From NCBI GenBank assembly GCA_963833985.1, contig CAWIAD010000001.1, forward strand, positions 960,001 to 1,024,000: 64,000 nt of DNA, written 5' to 3'. This document shows positions 45,699 through 58,427 of the stretch, piece after piece. The notes beneath the pieces were generated by a model. The model was not told where the DNA came from and searched no databases. It saw only the letters and a list, made by a program, of their open reading frames with translations. Every line of letters begins with the position of its first letter. Position 1 is the stretch's first letter. The translations under genes and the position numbers were made by a program. This DNA comes from an uncultured Planctomycetaceae bacterium. GTDB lineage: Bacteria; Planctomycetota; Planctomycetia; Isosphaerales; Isosphaeraceae.

Positions 45699-46709
45699 AT
45701 GAAACGACTTTTCCTCGGAGCGCGCACGGCTCTGGCAGCCGCGATCTTGTTACCGGCCGGCGCCAGAGCCGACGATCCACCGATCCCGACAGGCTCAGAC
45801 CCGGCGTTCCAGGCGCCCATGAGCCTGATCTTCTCGCACAGTCGCTTCAATATTACCGCCCTACACGAAGGGTCGCTGAAGGTCCTCACTCACTCCGAGC
45901 GGGACTTCAAGCCCGTCTCCAGCCCCGATGGCAAGCTCGCGGTCTTCTTCAGGGTGGCGTCTTATGGGGACGGCAGCTTCGAGACCTGGCGCACGGCCAT
46001 CTGCATCATCCACACTGACGGCACCGGCTTCCGCCAGCTCACCGACGGACGGTACGCCGACTACAATCCGACCTTCATGCGCGATGGCACGAACCGTATC
46101 CTCTTCAACAGGTACGCTCGCAAGGCGCGGGGCATCAGTGAAATCTATGTCACGACGCCGATGGCCGAGCCCGGCACGGAGCGGACGGTCTCGCACCCGA
46201 GCGTTCCCGCCTACGAATGGGTGTACAGCACACTCAAGGATGGGCGCCTGTTCGTGCACCGGATCGAGACGAGCGAGCGCGAGGTTTACCTGCTGACGCC
46301 GAACCCAGGCGGCCTGGGGAAGTACGAGCGTGTGCGGATGCCGTCGAACCAGTACATCCACAAGGTGTGTATCTCCCCGAGCGAAACGAAGATCACCTAC
46401 ATGCTGGACAACGACAACAACGGGGCCACCTACGCCGACGCAAGGATCGCCTGGGCCCGGCTCGACGTGCAGGGACCGCGGGTCTACGATGAGACGCTGA
46501 TCACGCCCGACAGCCCCACGACCATCGAGGAATACCCGAAGTGGAGCCACGACGAGTCGATGGTCCTGTACGATTCGAACAAGGCGAACCGCGGTGGTGC
46601 GCTCTACCAGATCTACGCATACCGGATCGCCGACGGCGTGGAGCGGAGCCTCTCACTCGACCCCAAGCAGAACGACCAGTTCGTGTGTGTCCTGGGTCTG
46701 CCGAAGTAG
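45699..46709 (+). CDS. Secreted TolB-like / PD40 beta-propeller protein
   Basis: GGGAGG RBS; signal peptide; P.SSPDGK, DGTG.RQLT and P.WS.D repeats. Confidence 0.75.
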   Translation: MKRLFLGARTALAAAILLPAGARADDPPIPTGSDPAFQAPMSLIFSHSRFNITALHEGSLKVLTHSERDFKPVSSPDGKLAVFFRVASYGDGSFETWRTAICIIHTDGTGFRQLTDGRYADYNPTFMRDGTNRILFNRYARKARGISEIYVTTPMAEPGTERTVSHPSVPAYEWVYSTLKDGRLFVHRIETSEREVYLLTPNPGGLGKYERVRMPSNQYIHKVCISPSETKITYMLDNDNNGATYADARIAWARLDVQGPRVYDETLITPDSPTTIEEYPKWSHDESMVLYDSNKANRGGALYQIYAYRIADGVERSLSLDPKQNDQFVCVLGLPK

Positions 46710-46905
46710 CCCCATCGGCCTGACGTACGCGGTGCCACGATCGGGAGACCGCCGCGGTGGACCGATTGACCTCGAATGTTGAGCGCATGGTTGTCCGCAT
46801 GGTGGAGGCGTTCTGATCACGCCTCCGGCGACATGGCGCGGGGTGAAGGAGGTCTCGACGGGTGCTGCACGCGGCCGGGCGGGCGCCGCCTGGGCCTACT
46901 TCCAA

Positions 46906-46933
46906 TTGTCTTCCCCGCCGATCCACTTATAAT
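46906..46933 (+). promoter_or_regulatory. Candidate sigma-70 promoter for rpsA
   Basis: TTGTCT-16 nt-TATAAT, about 160 nt upstream of the start codon. Confidence 0.6.
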
Positions 46934-47091
46934 GCAAGATTGCGGCGGTCTGCCCCTTGCGTGGAGGGGCGGGCGTTTCTTTCTCTTTCTGGCATTCACG
47001 GGCGATGGCCTGAGCGACCGCACCTGCGCCTTGCCCGTCCAATCCGCCTTGCCCTCGGGGGTCAAGGACGGAATCGAAACGAATCGAGAAC

Positions 47092-48873
<1,782 letters not shown>

Positions 48874-48996
48874 GGGGACCACGGCACAGGCCAGCTCCCT
48901 GACGTGTCACCAGTGTGTCGCCACAACGCAACTCGCTGATGCAAAACGGCGTGTATTCTGAGAGCAGGCTCGCTCGGAAATCGGTAGACACTCACG

Positions 48997-49034
48997 ACCG
49001 CCGCCTCGGCCAGAACCGGGGCGGCGGTTTTTTT
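48997..49034 (+). terminator. Rho-independent terminator after rpsA
   Basis: ACCGCCGCCTCGG / CCGGGGCGGCGGT stem (one G-U pair) followed by a T run. Confidence 0.85.
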
Positions 49035-49599
49035 GTGCTGCCCCGAAAGCCCCCGCCAGGCAGGCGCTTCCCCACTTCCGCACCGCAAGATCCTCCCACT
49101 CCCACGACCCGGCATGTCTTACCCGGATAGTCGGATTTACCAAATCGCTAATCCACGCATATTCCCAATACGCCCTAGATTTCCAGGTCGGTGTTAAGTT
49201 ATCAAAGAAGGTCGTCCGATATCTCGTAGTGTGGAAGCGTGAGCGGCAAAGGGGGATGGATAGACAAGGAGGGCGACGGCGGCGGGGGGACCATCTCTCG
49301 CGCCGGAGCCGGAGATCCCCAGCCTGTCGGGCGCGAGGCAGACGGCGTGAGCCGGCGCAAGTGCAGCCGCGGGGAGAGTCGGCGGGATGACCGAGGCTTT
49401 GCCGGGAGCGTCCGTGGTCCACGGGGAGTGACAGCGAGCGATGGTGCTCGGCCGCGGGCCGGTACCGCGGTCTCGTCCGGGGCGGTGCAGGGGGAAGACA
49501 CCCGGGTGCCGGTTCGACGTCTGGCCGGCTCCGCTCTTTCTCTCCCTGCGGTCGTTGAATTGAGCGGACCCAGTTTTGGCCGACACAACGAGGATCTTC

Positions 49600-50436
49600 A
49601 TGGCCCGTATTCGCCGACACCGACGTGATCCGGTTCAGAGCCCTCTGGAGACTTATCTCCGGGAAATCAACGAAATGGCGCTGCTGACCGCTGACGAGGA
49701 GAAGGACCTGGCGCACCGGATCGCCAGCGGCGACGACCTGGCACGCGATCGCATGGTTCGCGCCAATCTCCGGCTGGTGGTGAACATCGCCCGGGGATAT
49801 GCCGGCAAGGGACTCGCGCTCCAGGACCTCATCGAGGAAGGGAACCTCGGTCTGCTGCGTGCCGTGGAGGGGTTCGACCCCGAAGTCGGAACGCGGTTCA
49901 GCACCTACGCCAGCTACTGGATCAAGCAATCTATTAAACGCGCACTTGTAAATACGGCAAAGCCGATCCGGATTCCGGCGTACATGGTGGAGCTGCTCTT
50001 CAAATGGCGGCGCATGTCGGCCGACCTACAGGACGCCCTGGGGCGGCCGCCGACCATCGAGGAGATTGCCAAGGCACTCGAGCTTCCCAAGAAGAAGCTC
50101 GCCATCGTCAAGAAGGCCATCAAGGTCTATAACCTCGTCCCCCAGACCGATCAGCCGGAGAATGGCTGGAGCCTGGGTGAGATGCTCATGGACGAGCGCA
50201 CCCGCACGCCCGACGTCGAGATGGTCGAGGCCGATAACCTGCGCCTGGTGATGCACCGGCTGGAAGAGATGGACAAGCGCGAGGCCACCGTCCTGCGCAT
50301 GCGGTTCGGGCTCAACGATGCGCCTCCCAAGACGCTCAAGGAGATTGGCGAGTCCCTGGGGCTGACCCGCGAGCGCGTGCGCCAGATCGAGAACGAGGCA
50401 CTGGGCAAACTATCGGCGTCACTTCAGGCAGATTGA
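49600..50436 (+). CDS. RNA polymerase sigma-70 family factor (RpoD/SigA-like, lacking region 1.1)
   Basis: GAGGA RBS; YLREI..LL...EE, NLRLVV.IA, DLIEEGNLGL..AVE.FDP..G.RFSTYA.YWIKQ, TL.EIG..LGLTRERVRQIE. Confidence 0.93.
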   Translation: MARIRRHRRDPVQSPLETYLREINEMALLTADEEKDLAHRIASGDDLARDRMVRANLRLVVNIARGYAGKGLALQDLIEEGNLGLLRAVEGFDPEVGTRFSTYASYWIKQSIKRALVNTAKPIRIPAYMVELLFKWRRMSADLQDALGRPPTIEEIAKALELPKKKLAIVKKAIKVYNLVPQTDQPENGWSLGEMLMDERTRTPDVEMVEADNLRLVMHRLEEMDKREATVLRMRFGLNDAPPKTLKEIGESLGLTRERVRQIENEALGKLSASLQAD

Positions 50437-50457
50437 CCGGCAGCCCGCGCCTCGGTG

Positions 50458-51332
50458 TCACGTATTTTGCCGAGATCCGCCCGGCGCATGTGCTTCTTGC
50501 CGTGGCGGCCGGGCGGTTCGCCGGGAAGCGTAGCGTTTCAGCGTTCGGAGGCCCAGCCAGCCCGCACCGGCCGTCAAGAGGACCATCAGGGCAGTCGGTT
50601 CGGGGATCGGCGAGGGCAAACGACCCTGGAGCGCCCGCAGGTTGGTCAGCGGTTTGGCGCCGAGAAGCTGCTCGCAAAGCTTCCCTGGAACGTGCTGTTG
50701 GACTGCGGCACAACCCGGAAGTAGGCCTCGGGGCCGAACGCCTGCGCGAGCACGCCGCCGGTGATCTTGACGTTCAGGTCGAAGGTCTCCGTCCCGGCCA
50801 GCGACGTGCGAGACTCCGACTGCACGCCGAAGCTGGTGGGCGTCCCCTCCAGCAGCAGGCCGCGATAGACCTGATTGCCGATCACCACGCTGCCGTAAAG
50901 CTGGAAACGGTTCTCCGGGTTGTCCACCAGCTGGCCCTTCTGGTTGAGCATCAACTGGAGCGTCTGGCTGAGAGTCCCGTCCTGGTCGGGCTTCATGCTC
51001 AGCATGTCGCTGCCGGTCGGCCCCACCGCGATCAGCTGTGGAGAGTTCATCACCTGGAACAGGCCCGTGCCGGTCGCCGCATTGTAGGTGTAGGTCTGCG
51101 AGCCCACCAGGTCGCCGGCAATGTCAGGATAGGCGCGCGAGGCCTTCGGGCGGATGACGTCGCCACGTGCGGGCCAGGCAAGAGAAAGCAACATCACCAG
51201 CACCGGGGCCGCGGCCATCGCGAACCGCTGGGACAGGCTTCGGCAGCTCCTCGCCGCGCGGCGCCCTGGCGGGTCGCCGTGGCGAAAGCATTCTCCTGCA
51301 TCAATGAATTTCAACGCGCACGCACGTCGCAT
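50458..51332 (-). CDS. PEP-CTERM-type surface protein, 1-nt frameshift at ~50660
   Basis: ORF 50646..51332 has a signal peptide (AWPARG). Adding one G at ~50660 continues it as SGAKPLTNLRALQGRLPSPIPEPTALMVLLTAGAGWLGLRTLKR... to TGA at 50458. Confidence 0.75.
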
Positions 51333-52021
51333 GACAGCCCATCACCGAGCCGGCGGGGCCGGCTCTGCTGACCTCCCTGGAGTGGATCCGTGGCGGCCTG
51401 GCACCGGCGGGTCAACCCCGCGCAGGGATTGGCACGTCGCGCATGCCGGCCGTACGGGGCCGCGAAGCCGGATGCGCGTGCCCACTGCGGGCAAGCCGCG
51501 CGAATCAGGCGTCAGGGCCTGGTGCCGATTTGAAAGCGAAGGGGTCGCAACCGGGAGGGAATCAGTGGTGGTCGGAGATCAATGATGGGGCCCGGGGCAG
51601 CAACCAGTTCCTTCAACCGCCAGGAGTCCTTTCCTCGATTGGGTGCTGGAAATCATTTCCATTCGAGCGGTCAATCGGTCGGGGATAGGGAAAGACGGCA
51701 CGCGGCGGAAACCAGAGTGCGGCGCGGACCCTTTGCCCGACCGGCGGATTAGACCGCGGAACGCCCTGCCTGTCAATGTGAACGAGGGCCTTCGTTGCGG
51801 AATTTCACCACGGGACAGTTGCGAGACGGCTTTTTGGACGGTCTTCGATTTTTTTGTCGGAAGCTCGTGCGAACTCGCAATGTACGTGGCAGCCAGACCG
51901 GCATCTCGACGGGGTGTCGAGGGGGCAGGCCAGGTCTATACTCAGTCGGGATTTGCAATCCTGGCAGCAAAGCTGACAGACCGAAATTCCGCCCAAGAGC
52001 CAACCATGGAGTCAAGGATTC

Positions 52022-53095
52022 ATGAGACCGCAACTGCACTGCCGCTTCGCCGTGGCATTGATGACGACCGCCTGTCTGGGGACGGCGGCTCGAGCCGACA
52101 ACATCACGATTCTCAACACGGTCGTATCGCACGGCTATGAGTTCATCAACTTCGACGGCCCCGGCGCAGGGACGAACGCGGGCGCCGGCACGAACATGAA
52201 CGGCATCTCGAACTCGGGAACCCTGGTCGGCGTGTCGATCGACAACGCCGGCGCCTTCCACAACTTCACCGTCAACCCGCTGGTCTCGACCACAGTGAAC
52301 CCGCTGAACATCAATGGCTCCACGGCCGCCATGGCCTTCGGCGTCAACTCGGCCGGCACAGTCGTCGGCACCGACGGCAATGGCAACGGCTTCTTCCTGC
52401 CTAATGGCGGTACTCCGACGACCTTCAATCCGAACAGCGGAACGAACGTCATGGCCTTCGGCATCAACGATCACGGGTCGATCGTGGGCCAGTACACGAC
52501 CGCCGGCGGCACCTCGCCCGGCTTCCTGCTGAACGGGACGAACGTGACCACGATCAATTCTCCTTCCGGGCCGGACGTTGTGAATGCCCAGGGCATCAAC
52601 AACAACGGCCTGATCGTGGGCTTCTACCAGGGCACCGATGGTAATGCCCACGGGTTCACGGCCAATGCGAGTTCGGCGGTGAACAACAGCCTCACCGGTA
52701 CCCCGGTCGCCGACCCGACGATTCCGCCAGTCGCAGGCGAGCCGGGCGCCACGTTCGTCTTCTCGCAGATCCTGGGAGTCAACGACCACGGCATGGCGGT
52801 CGGCTACTACGGCGACTCGACGACCAGCCAGCACGGCTACTTTTACAACACGATCACCGGCAAGTACACCTTCCTGGATGATCCCAACGCCGCGTTCTCC
52901 AACGGGGTGGTCGTCACCCAGATCACGGGCATCAACAACTCCGGCGAGATCTCGGGCTTCTACTCGGATGCCAGCGGTGTCTTCCACGGCTTCGTCGCCT
53001 TTGCCGTGCCCGAGCCCAGCTCCATGGCACTGCTGGGCATCGGTGTCAGTGGGGTGGTGTTCTGGGCGCGGCAGCGAAGGAGGACCAGGGTCTGA
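52022..53095 (+). CDS. PEP-CTERM protein with HAF-like extracellular repeats
   Basis: Signal peptide; repeats A.GIN..G.IVG.Y...HGF; C-terminal VPEPSS, TM segment and RRRTR. Confidence 0.9.
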   Translation: MRPQLHCRFAVALMTTACLGTAARADNITILNTVVSHGYEFINFDGPGAGTNAGAGTNMNGISNSGTLVGVSIDNAGAFHNFTVNPLVSTTVNPLNINGSTAAMAFGVNSAGTVVGTDGNGNGFFLPNGGTPTTFNPNSGTNVMAFGINDHGSIVGQYTTAGGTSPGFLLNGTNVTTINSPSGPDVVNAQGINNNGLIVGFYQGTDGNAHGFTANASSAVNNSLTGTPVADPTIPPVAGEPGATFVFSQILGVNDHGMAVGYYGDSTTSQHGYFYNTITGKYTFLDDPNAAFSNGVVVTQITGINNSGEISGFYSDASGVFHGFVAFAVPEPSSMALLGIGVSGVVFWARQRRRTRV

Positions 53096-53315
53096 GGGTC
53101 CACCCGACCACGCCGTAGGCCGTGATGCTGAGGCACTCGACAGAGCACCTTCGATGTTCGATCCGCTTGCCGTTATCCACACGATACCGGCAAGCGGATC
53201 TGGCTTACCGGCCCGGTGGACTTGACGGATCCGCCGGCGCCGGGTGATGCTCCAGGAGACGCGGAAAGCTGGGGCCGCAGTGTCGCCGGCCGTTCCGCGC
53301 TCTCAGGACCGCACG

Positions 53316-55084
53316 ATGGAAACCGCACGCATTGCCCAGATCCTCGACGAGATGGGCACGATCCTCGAGATCCAGGGCGAAAACCCGTTTCGCTGCCGGG
53401 CCTACCACAATGCGGCCCAGGTGCTCACCAACCTTCCTGCCGACCTCTCCGAGATGATCGCCGATGGCAGCCTGGCCGAGGTGCAGGGCATCGGCGAGAC
53501 GATGCACGCCAAGATCGTGCAACTCGCAACCACCGGCCATCTGCCAGCCTTCGACAAGCTTCGCGCCACGCTGCCGCCGGGGGTTCTCGCCCTACTGAAA
53601 GTGCCTGGCCTCGGTCCCAAGAAGATCAAGGCCCTGCATGAAGCGCTGAAGATCGAGAGCCTGGCCGACCTCCGTGCCGCCGCCGAGGCGGGGTCGATTG
53701 CCCGGATCAAGGGGTTCGGCGCCAGGACCGAGGCCAACATCCTGGAAGGAATCGCCTTTCTGGAAAAGACCGGCGGGCGCATCTTGCAGAACGAAGCGCT
53801 GATGCTGGTCGCACCGATCTTCGAAGCGGTGCGCCGCCACCCGCAGGTGATTCGCGCCGAGGTCTGCGGCAGCCTGCGGAGACGGGCCGAGACGATCGGC
53901 GATCTCGACATCCTCTTCAGCGCCGGCGACCCTGCGCCGGTGCTGAAGGAGTTCGTCTCTCTGCCCCAGGTGGCGCGTGTGCTGGCGCACGGCCCGACCA
54001 AGGCCAGCGTCCTCTTGCCCGCGTTCCAGTCCGATCAATACGTGCAGTGCGACCTGCGGGGCGTGGAGGACCGGCAGTTTCCCTTCGCCCTGCATTACTT
54101 CACCGGATCGAAGGCGCACAATATCGCCATCCGCAAGCGGGCCCTGGCCCGGGGGCTGTCGCTCAACGAGTACGCTCTGAGCGGCAACGGCACCGAGGTG
54201 TCCTGCCTGACCGAAGCCGACCTGTTCCGGGCACTCGGCCTGGCCGAGATTCCGCCGGAGCTCCGTGAGGACGCAGGCGAGATCGAGGCCGCGGAACACG
54301 GCAAGCTTCCCAGGCTCGTCGCCGCGGATGACCTGACCGGGACCTTCCATTGCCACACGGACTGGAGCGACGGTGACGCGACCCTGGAGCAGATGGCCGC
54401 AGGCGCCGCGCAGCCGGGCTCACTTACCTGGGCATCGCCGATCACTCCCGCTCGCTGCGCATGGCCGGCGGGCTGTCCGTCGAGCGGGTGCGCGAGCAGT
54501 GGTCCCGCATCGACGCGCTGAACGCGCAGTTCGGCGAATCTTTCCGGCTCTTCAAGGGAACCGAGTGCGACATCCTGGCCGACGGCTCGCTGGATTTTCC
54601 GGACGACCTCCTTGACGGCTTCGACTACGTCGTCGCGAGTATCCACTCCCACTTCCGGATGTCGCGCGAGGAGATGACCGCGCGGGTGATCCGCGCGGTC
54701 TCACACCCGCGCGTCACCATGCTCGGCCATCCCACCGGCCGGCTCCTGCTCTCACGCGCCAGCTACGCGGTCGATCTTGACGCCGTGATCGAAGCGGCCG
54801 CCCGAGCCGGCACGATGATTGAAATCAACGCGAATCCCCATCGCCTGGACCTCGACGCCGTGCACTGCCGCCGTGCCTGCCAGAAGGGCGTGCCCCTGGT
54901 CATCAATCCCGACGCGCATTCGGTTTCCGGATTGCATGACCTGACATACGGCGTGAGCGTGGCGCGGCGTGCCTGGCTAGAGGCAGGCAATTTGCTGAAC
55001 ACCGCAGCATTACCGGAAGTGGCGAGGCGGTTGGAGCAAATGCGGCGCCGCGGGGAGCCTGCACACGACCCTGTGCACCGCTGA
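53316..55084 (+). CDS. polX: DNA polymerase X / PHP 3'-5' exonuclease, 1-nt frameshift at ~54406
   Basis: GENPFR..AY, GSLRR..ETIGDLDIL, YFTGSKAHN, IPPELRE; PHP motifs HCHT.WSDG, then (after adding one C) GLTYLGIADHS, GTECDI, HPTGRLL, EINANP.RLD, INPDAH. Confidence 0.93.
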
Positions 55085-55157
55085 GCCAGCGCCGGTCCGG
55101 TGCGCATCCGTCCGTGAGATACATGCACAACCCGAAAGGCGATCGATGGCTCGGGAC

Positions 55158-55185
55158 TTGCTGGGTTCTGAAGCTACCCTATAAT
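55158..55185 (+). promoter_or_regulatory. Candidate sigma-70 promoter for the DUF2203-cmk-plsC genes
   Basis: TTGCTG-16 nt-TATAAT. Confidence 0.5.
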
Positions 55186-55350
55186 GCTTATTGAGCGGTC
55201 AGGACGCATACCAGTTTCGGCCACCCGGGCAGGCTCACGATTGCGCCCGGCCGGGGAAGGTGCGTTGGGATCGGTCGCTCCTGATCACGTAATCATCTGC
55301 TTGCCGATAGATTCCTCGCCGTTCATCGCTCTCATCCAGAGGACATCCCC

Positions 55351-55815
55351 ATGGCCCCAGCCAGACCGCTTGCTCCGAAGAAGCCGAAGTTTTTCAGCGT
55401 CGAGGAGGCCAACAAGTCATTGCCGCTGGTCAAGGCAATTGTCGAGGACATCGTTCGCCAGTCGCGTCTGGTCGACAATCTTCAGCAGCGGATCGCCCGG
55501 GTGGCCCGCGAGAGCCGGCGGCCCAGCGACGATCCGTACTCCGAGGAGATCGCCCAGACCCAGAACGAGCTGGAGGTCGAAGGCGAACGGTTGCAAGGTT
55601 ATGTCGACGAGCTCAAGAGCCTGGGGGTGGAGCTGAAGAGCGATGAGATCGGACTGTGCGATTTCCGGAGCCTGATGAATGGCCACGAGGTCTACCTTTG
55701 CTGGCGGCTGGGCGAGGCGTCGGTGATGTTCTGGCACGAGCTCGACGCCGGCTTCTCCGGTCGCCAGAAGCTCAAGCTGCACGCGGAATCCAAGGCCGGC
55801 GATGACCGCCGCTAG
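55351..55815 (+). CDS. DUF2203 domain protein
   Basis: FSVEEAN..LPLV...LGVELK...GL.DF...VYLCWRLGE....WHELDAGF.GRQ. Confidence 0.88.
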   Translation: MAPARPLAPKKPKFFSVEEANKSLPLVKAIVEDIVRQSRLVDNLQQRIARVARESRRPSDDPYSEEIAQTQNELEVEGERLQGYVDELKSLGVELKSDEIGLCDFRSLMNGHEVYLCWRLGEASVMFWHELDAGFSGRQKLKLHAESKAGDDRR

Positions 55816-55891
55816 TTCAGATGGAGTGCCCCGTCCGGGGCCAGGCGCGGCGATTCTGCCCCGGCCCCAGCACATCAATCGGGCCTGACCC

Positions 55892-56560
55892 ATGCCGCGC
55901 GTGGTGACGATCGATGGGCCCGCCGGGGCCGGCAAGAGCACCGTGGCGCGCCGCCTGGCAGCCCGGCTGGGCTGGCAGTTCCTTGACACCGGCGCAATGT
56001 ACCGCGCCGTCACGCTGGCTGCCCTGCGGTCGCGGACCGACCTCTCCAGCGACCGGCATCTGGGCGACCTGATCGCCGGACTGAACGTGAGCTGGCACGA
56101 GGGTGAGATTCGCCTCGATGGCGAGGATGTGGCCAGGTTGATCCGCACGGTCGAGGTGACGCATGCCTCCCGTTTCGTGGCCGACAGCCCCAGCGTCCGC
56201 CGCAAGCTCGTGGAATGGCAGCGCGCCTTCGCCGCCCAGGCTGACACGGTCACCGAGGGCCGCGATCAGGGGACTGTCGTGTTCCCGCACGCGTTTCTCA
56301 AGTTCTTCTTGACCGCGCCCGCCGAGGAACGAGCCCGCCGCCGGCTTGCCGATCTCGTGGCCGCCGGCCAGACGCAGAGCCTTGAAGCGGTCCTCGACGA
56401 TCTCCGCCAGCGCGATGCACGCGACGCGGCCCGGGCCATCGCACCGCTCAAGCCCGCCCCCGACGCCGAATTGATCGACACCGGCGGTCTGACAATCGAC
56501 CAGGTCGTCGATCGGCTCTGCCAGCGCATCCTCGCACACCGGAGCGATCCGTCCCCATGA
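55892..56560 (+). CDS. cmk: Cytidylate kinase
   Basis: TIDGPAGAGKST, LDTGAMYRA, EGRDQGTVVFP.A..KFFLTA and RD..D..R...PL motifs. Confidence 0.97.
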   Translation: MPRVVTIDGPAGAGKSTVARRLAARLGWQFLDTGAMYRAVTLAALRSRTDLSSDRHLGDLIAGLNVSWHEGEIRLDGEDVARLIRTVEVTHASRFVADSPSVRRKLVEWQRAFAAQADTVTEGRDQGTVVFPHAFLKFFLTAPAEERARRRLADLVAAGQTQSLEAVLDDLRQRDARDAARAIAPLKPAPDAELIDTGGLTIDQVVDRLCQRILAHRSDPSP

Positions 56561-57285
56561 GTGAACCTGCCGCTGAGTCCTCCACAACACCCCTATCCGG
56601 TCCCGAGGGAACCGGCTGGAGTGCCGGATCCGATGGCACCACCACAACTCTTGCGGGCCTGCTCTGGTACCGGCTCGTTCAATACTCCCTCGGCATCTTT
56701 CTGGCTGCTGCGGGAGGCTGGCGCGCCACCGGCCGACAGCACATGCCCCGGCACGGGGCCGCGCTGCTGGTCTCCAACCACCTCAGCTTCCTGGACGTTT
56801 TCCTGATCGGCGTGCCGCTCCAGCGCCGGCTCAACTTCATGGCCCGTTCCACGCTCTTCGTGCCCGTGCTCGGGTTCCTGATCCGCTCGGTGGGAGGCTT
56901 TCCCATCCAGCGCGAGGGAATGGGGGCCTCGGGTCTGAAGGAGACGCTTCGGCGGCTGCGGAAGGGCGGAATCGTGACGCTCTTCCCGGAAGGGACGCGC
57001 AGTCCCGATGGCAAGCTCGCCCCCCTCAAACCGGGCATCGCGACCCTGATCGCACGGACCGGAGTGCCCGTGGTGCCCGCCGGCATCTGCGGCACGTACG
57101 AGGCCTGGCCGCGATCGCGGCTGTTGCCGCGTCCCTACCCGCTTCGCATCCACTTCGGGCCGCCGATCCAGCCGCAGGACCTCGTGGGGATGGCCCCAGA
57201 GGCCGTCACAGCGCTGATCCGCGAGCGGCTGGAAGAGTGCATCCGGCATGCGCGAGAAGGCCTCTGCCACGACCTGGGCGCATGA
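56557..57285 (+). CDS. plsC: 1-acyl-sn-glycerol-3-phosphate acyltransferase (lysophospholipid acyltransferase)
   Basis: NHLSFLD, FPEGTRS and PVVP motifs; ATGA overlap with cmk. Confidence 0.9.
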   Translation: MSEPAAESSTTPLSGPEGTGWSAGSDGTTTTLAGLLWYRLVQYSLGIFLAAAGGWRATGRQHMPRHGAALLVSNHLSFLDVFLIGVPLQRRLNFMARSTLFVPVLGFLIRSVGGFPIQREGMGASGLKETLRRLRKGGIVTLFPEGTRSPDGKLAPLKPGIATLIARTGVPVVPAGICGTYEAWPRSRLLPRPYPLRIHFGPPIQPQDLVGMAPEAVTALIRERLEECIRHAREGLCHDLGA

Positions 57286-57454
57286 TTGGCCGGACATCTT
57301 CTCCGGGTCCGCCCGGGGCTGGCATGTTCCGACATTTGCCGCCATACTGGCGTGCAATTCATGGAGATCGACACACCAGACCGAGGCGACGGCAATGGGC
57401 GATTCAGCGACCGGATTCTCTCTTACGGACACCGCTTGCGACCCGTCCACGCCC

Positions 57455-58408
57455 ATGCTCTCGCGCCGGGCGTTCTGCGCCGGCAGCGTCACGGCCTGCG
57501 CGACTGCCGCGGGCGGGCGTGCGCCGGCGGGCGAGGCCGCGCTTGCACGGCCCATGCCATTGTCCCGGTGTTTCTTGCTGGGCCTGAACACCAGCACCAT
57601 CCGGGGCCAGAAGCTGCCGGTCGTCGACCAGATCGCCGTCGCCTCGAAAGCGGGGTTCGAGGGGATGGAGCCCTGGTTGGAGGAGCTCCGCCACTACGCC
57701 GAGTCAGGGGGCTCACTGCCAGACCTTGGCAAGCGATTCCGTGACGCGGGAATCCACGTGGAGAGCGCCATCGATTTCTTCGAGTGGGCCGTGGATGACG
57801 ACGCGCGCCGTGCCCGCGGTCTCGAGGCCGCCAGAAGAAGCATGGACATCCTTAAGAAAATCGGCGGCAAGCGGATCGCTGCGCCGCCGGCGGGCGCGAC
57901 CGATCACGCCGTCGATCCGCTCCGGGTGGCCGAGCGCTATCGCAGGCTGCTGGAGCTGGGCGACCAGATGGGTATCGTTCCCCAGGTCGAGGTCTGGGGG
58001 AGCTCGCGCACCCTCGGCCGGCTGGGTGAGGCGGCGCAGGTCGCCATCGAGTCGGGGCACCCCAGGGCCTGCATCCTTCCCGACGTGTTCCACCTCTACA
58101 AGGGCGGCTCCGCACTCCAGGGCGTCAACCTGCTTGGGCCACGAGCCATACATGTCTTCCACGTCAACGACTACCCCGCGGAACCCGAGCGGCAGAAGCT
58201 TACCGACGCCGACCGCGTTTACCCGGGAGACGGCGTCGCTCCCTACAAGACCCTGCTCGCCGACCTGCGTGACGCGGGCTTCCAGGTCATGCTTTCGCTC
58301 GAGCTGTTCAACCGTGACTACTGGAAGCAAGACCCATACCAGGTCGCCCGCACCGGCTTCGACAAGCTCAAGCGGCTGGTTCTCGCCAGCGAGCAAAAGC
58401 CCTCGTGA
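57455..58408 (+). CDS. Sugar phosphate isomerase/epimerase (xylose isomerase-like TIM barrel) with twin-arginine leader
   Basis: SRRAF leader; AGFEGMEPW, EVWG, DVFH, HVND, RVYPGDG and SLELF motifs. Start may be 57395. Confidence 0.85.
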   Translation: MLSRRAFCAGSVTACATAAGGRAPAGEAALARPMPLSRCFLLGLNTSTIRGQKLPVVDQIAVASKAGFEGMEPWLEELRHYAESGGSLPDLGKRFRDAGIHVESAIDFFEWAVDDDARRARGLEAARRSMDILKKIGGKRIAAPPAGATDHAVDPLRVAERYRRLLELGDQMGIVPQVEVWGSSRTLGRLGEAAQVAIESGHPRACILPDVFHLYKGGSALQGVNLLGPRAIHVFHVNDYPAEPERQKLTDADRVYPGDGVAPYKTLLADLRDAGFQVMLSLELFNRDYWKQDPYQVARTGFDKLKRLVLASEQKPS

Positions 58409-58427
58409 GTCTCCGGCGGCTTCCGGG

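Noticed and set aside
49240..49560. RNase P RNA, tmRNA or 6S RNA
   Set aside because: Hallmark sequences (GAGGAAAGTCC; tRNA-like ends with TTCGA..CC...CCA) were not found.
57726..58427. 438-aa methyltransferase ORF as given in the track, and likewise 34279..35196
   Set aside because: The upstream portions overlap other real genes out of frame; true starts are downstream.
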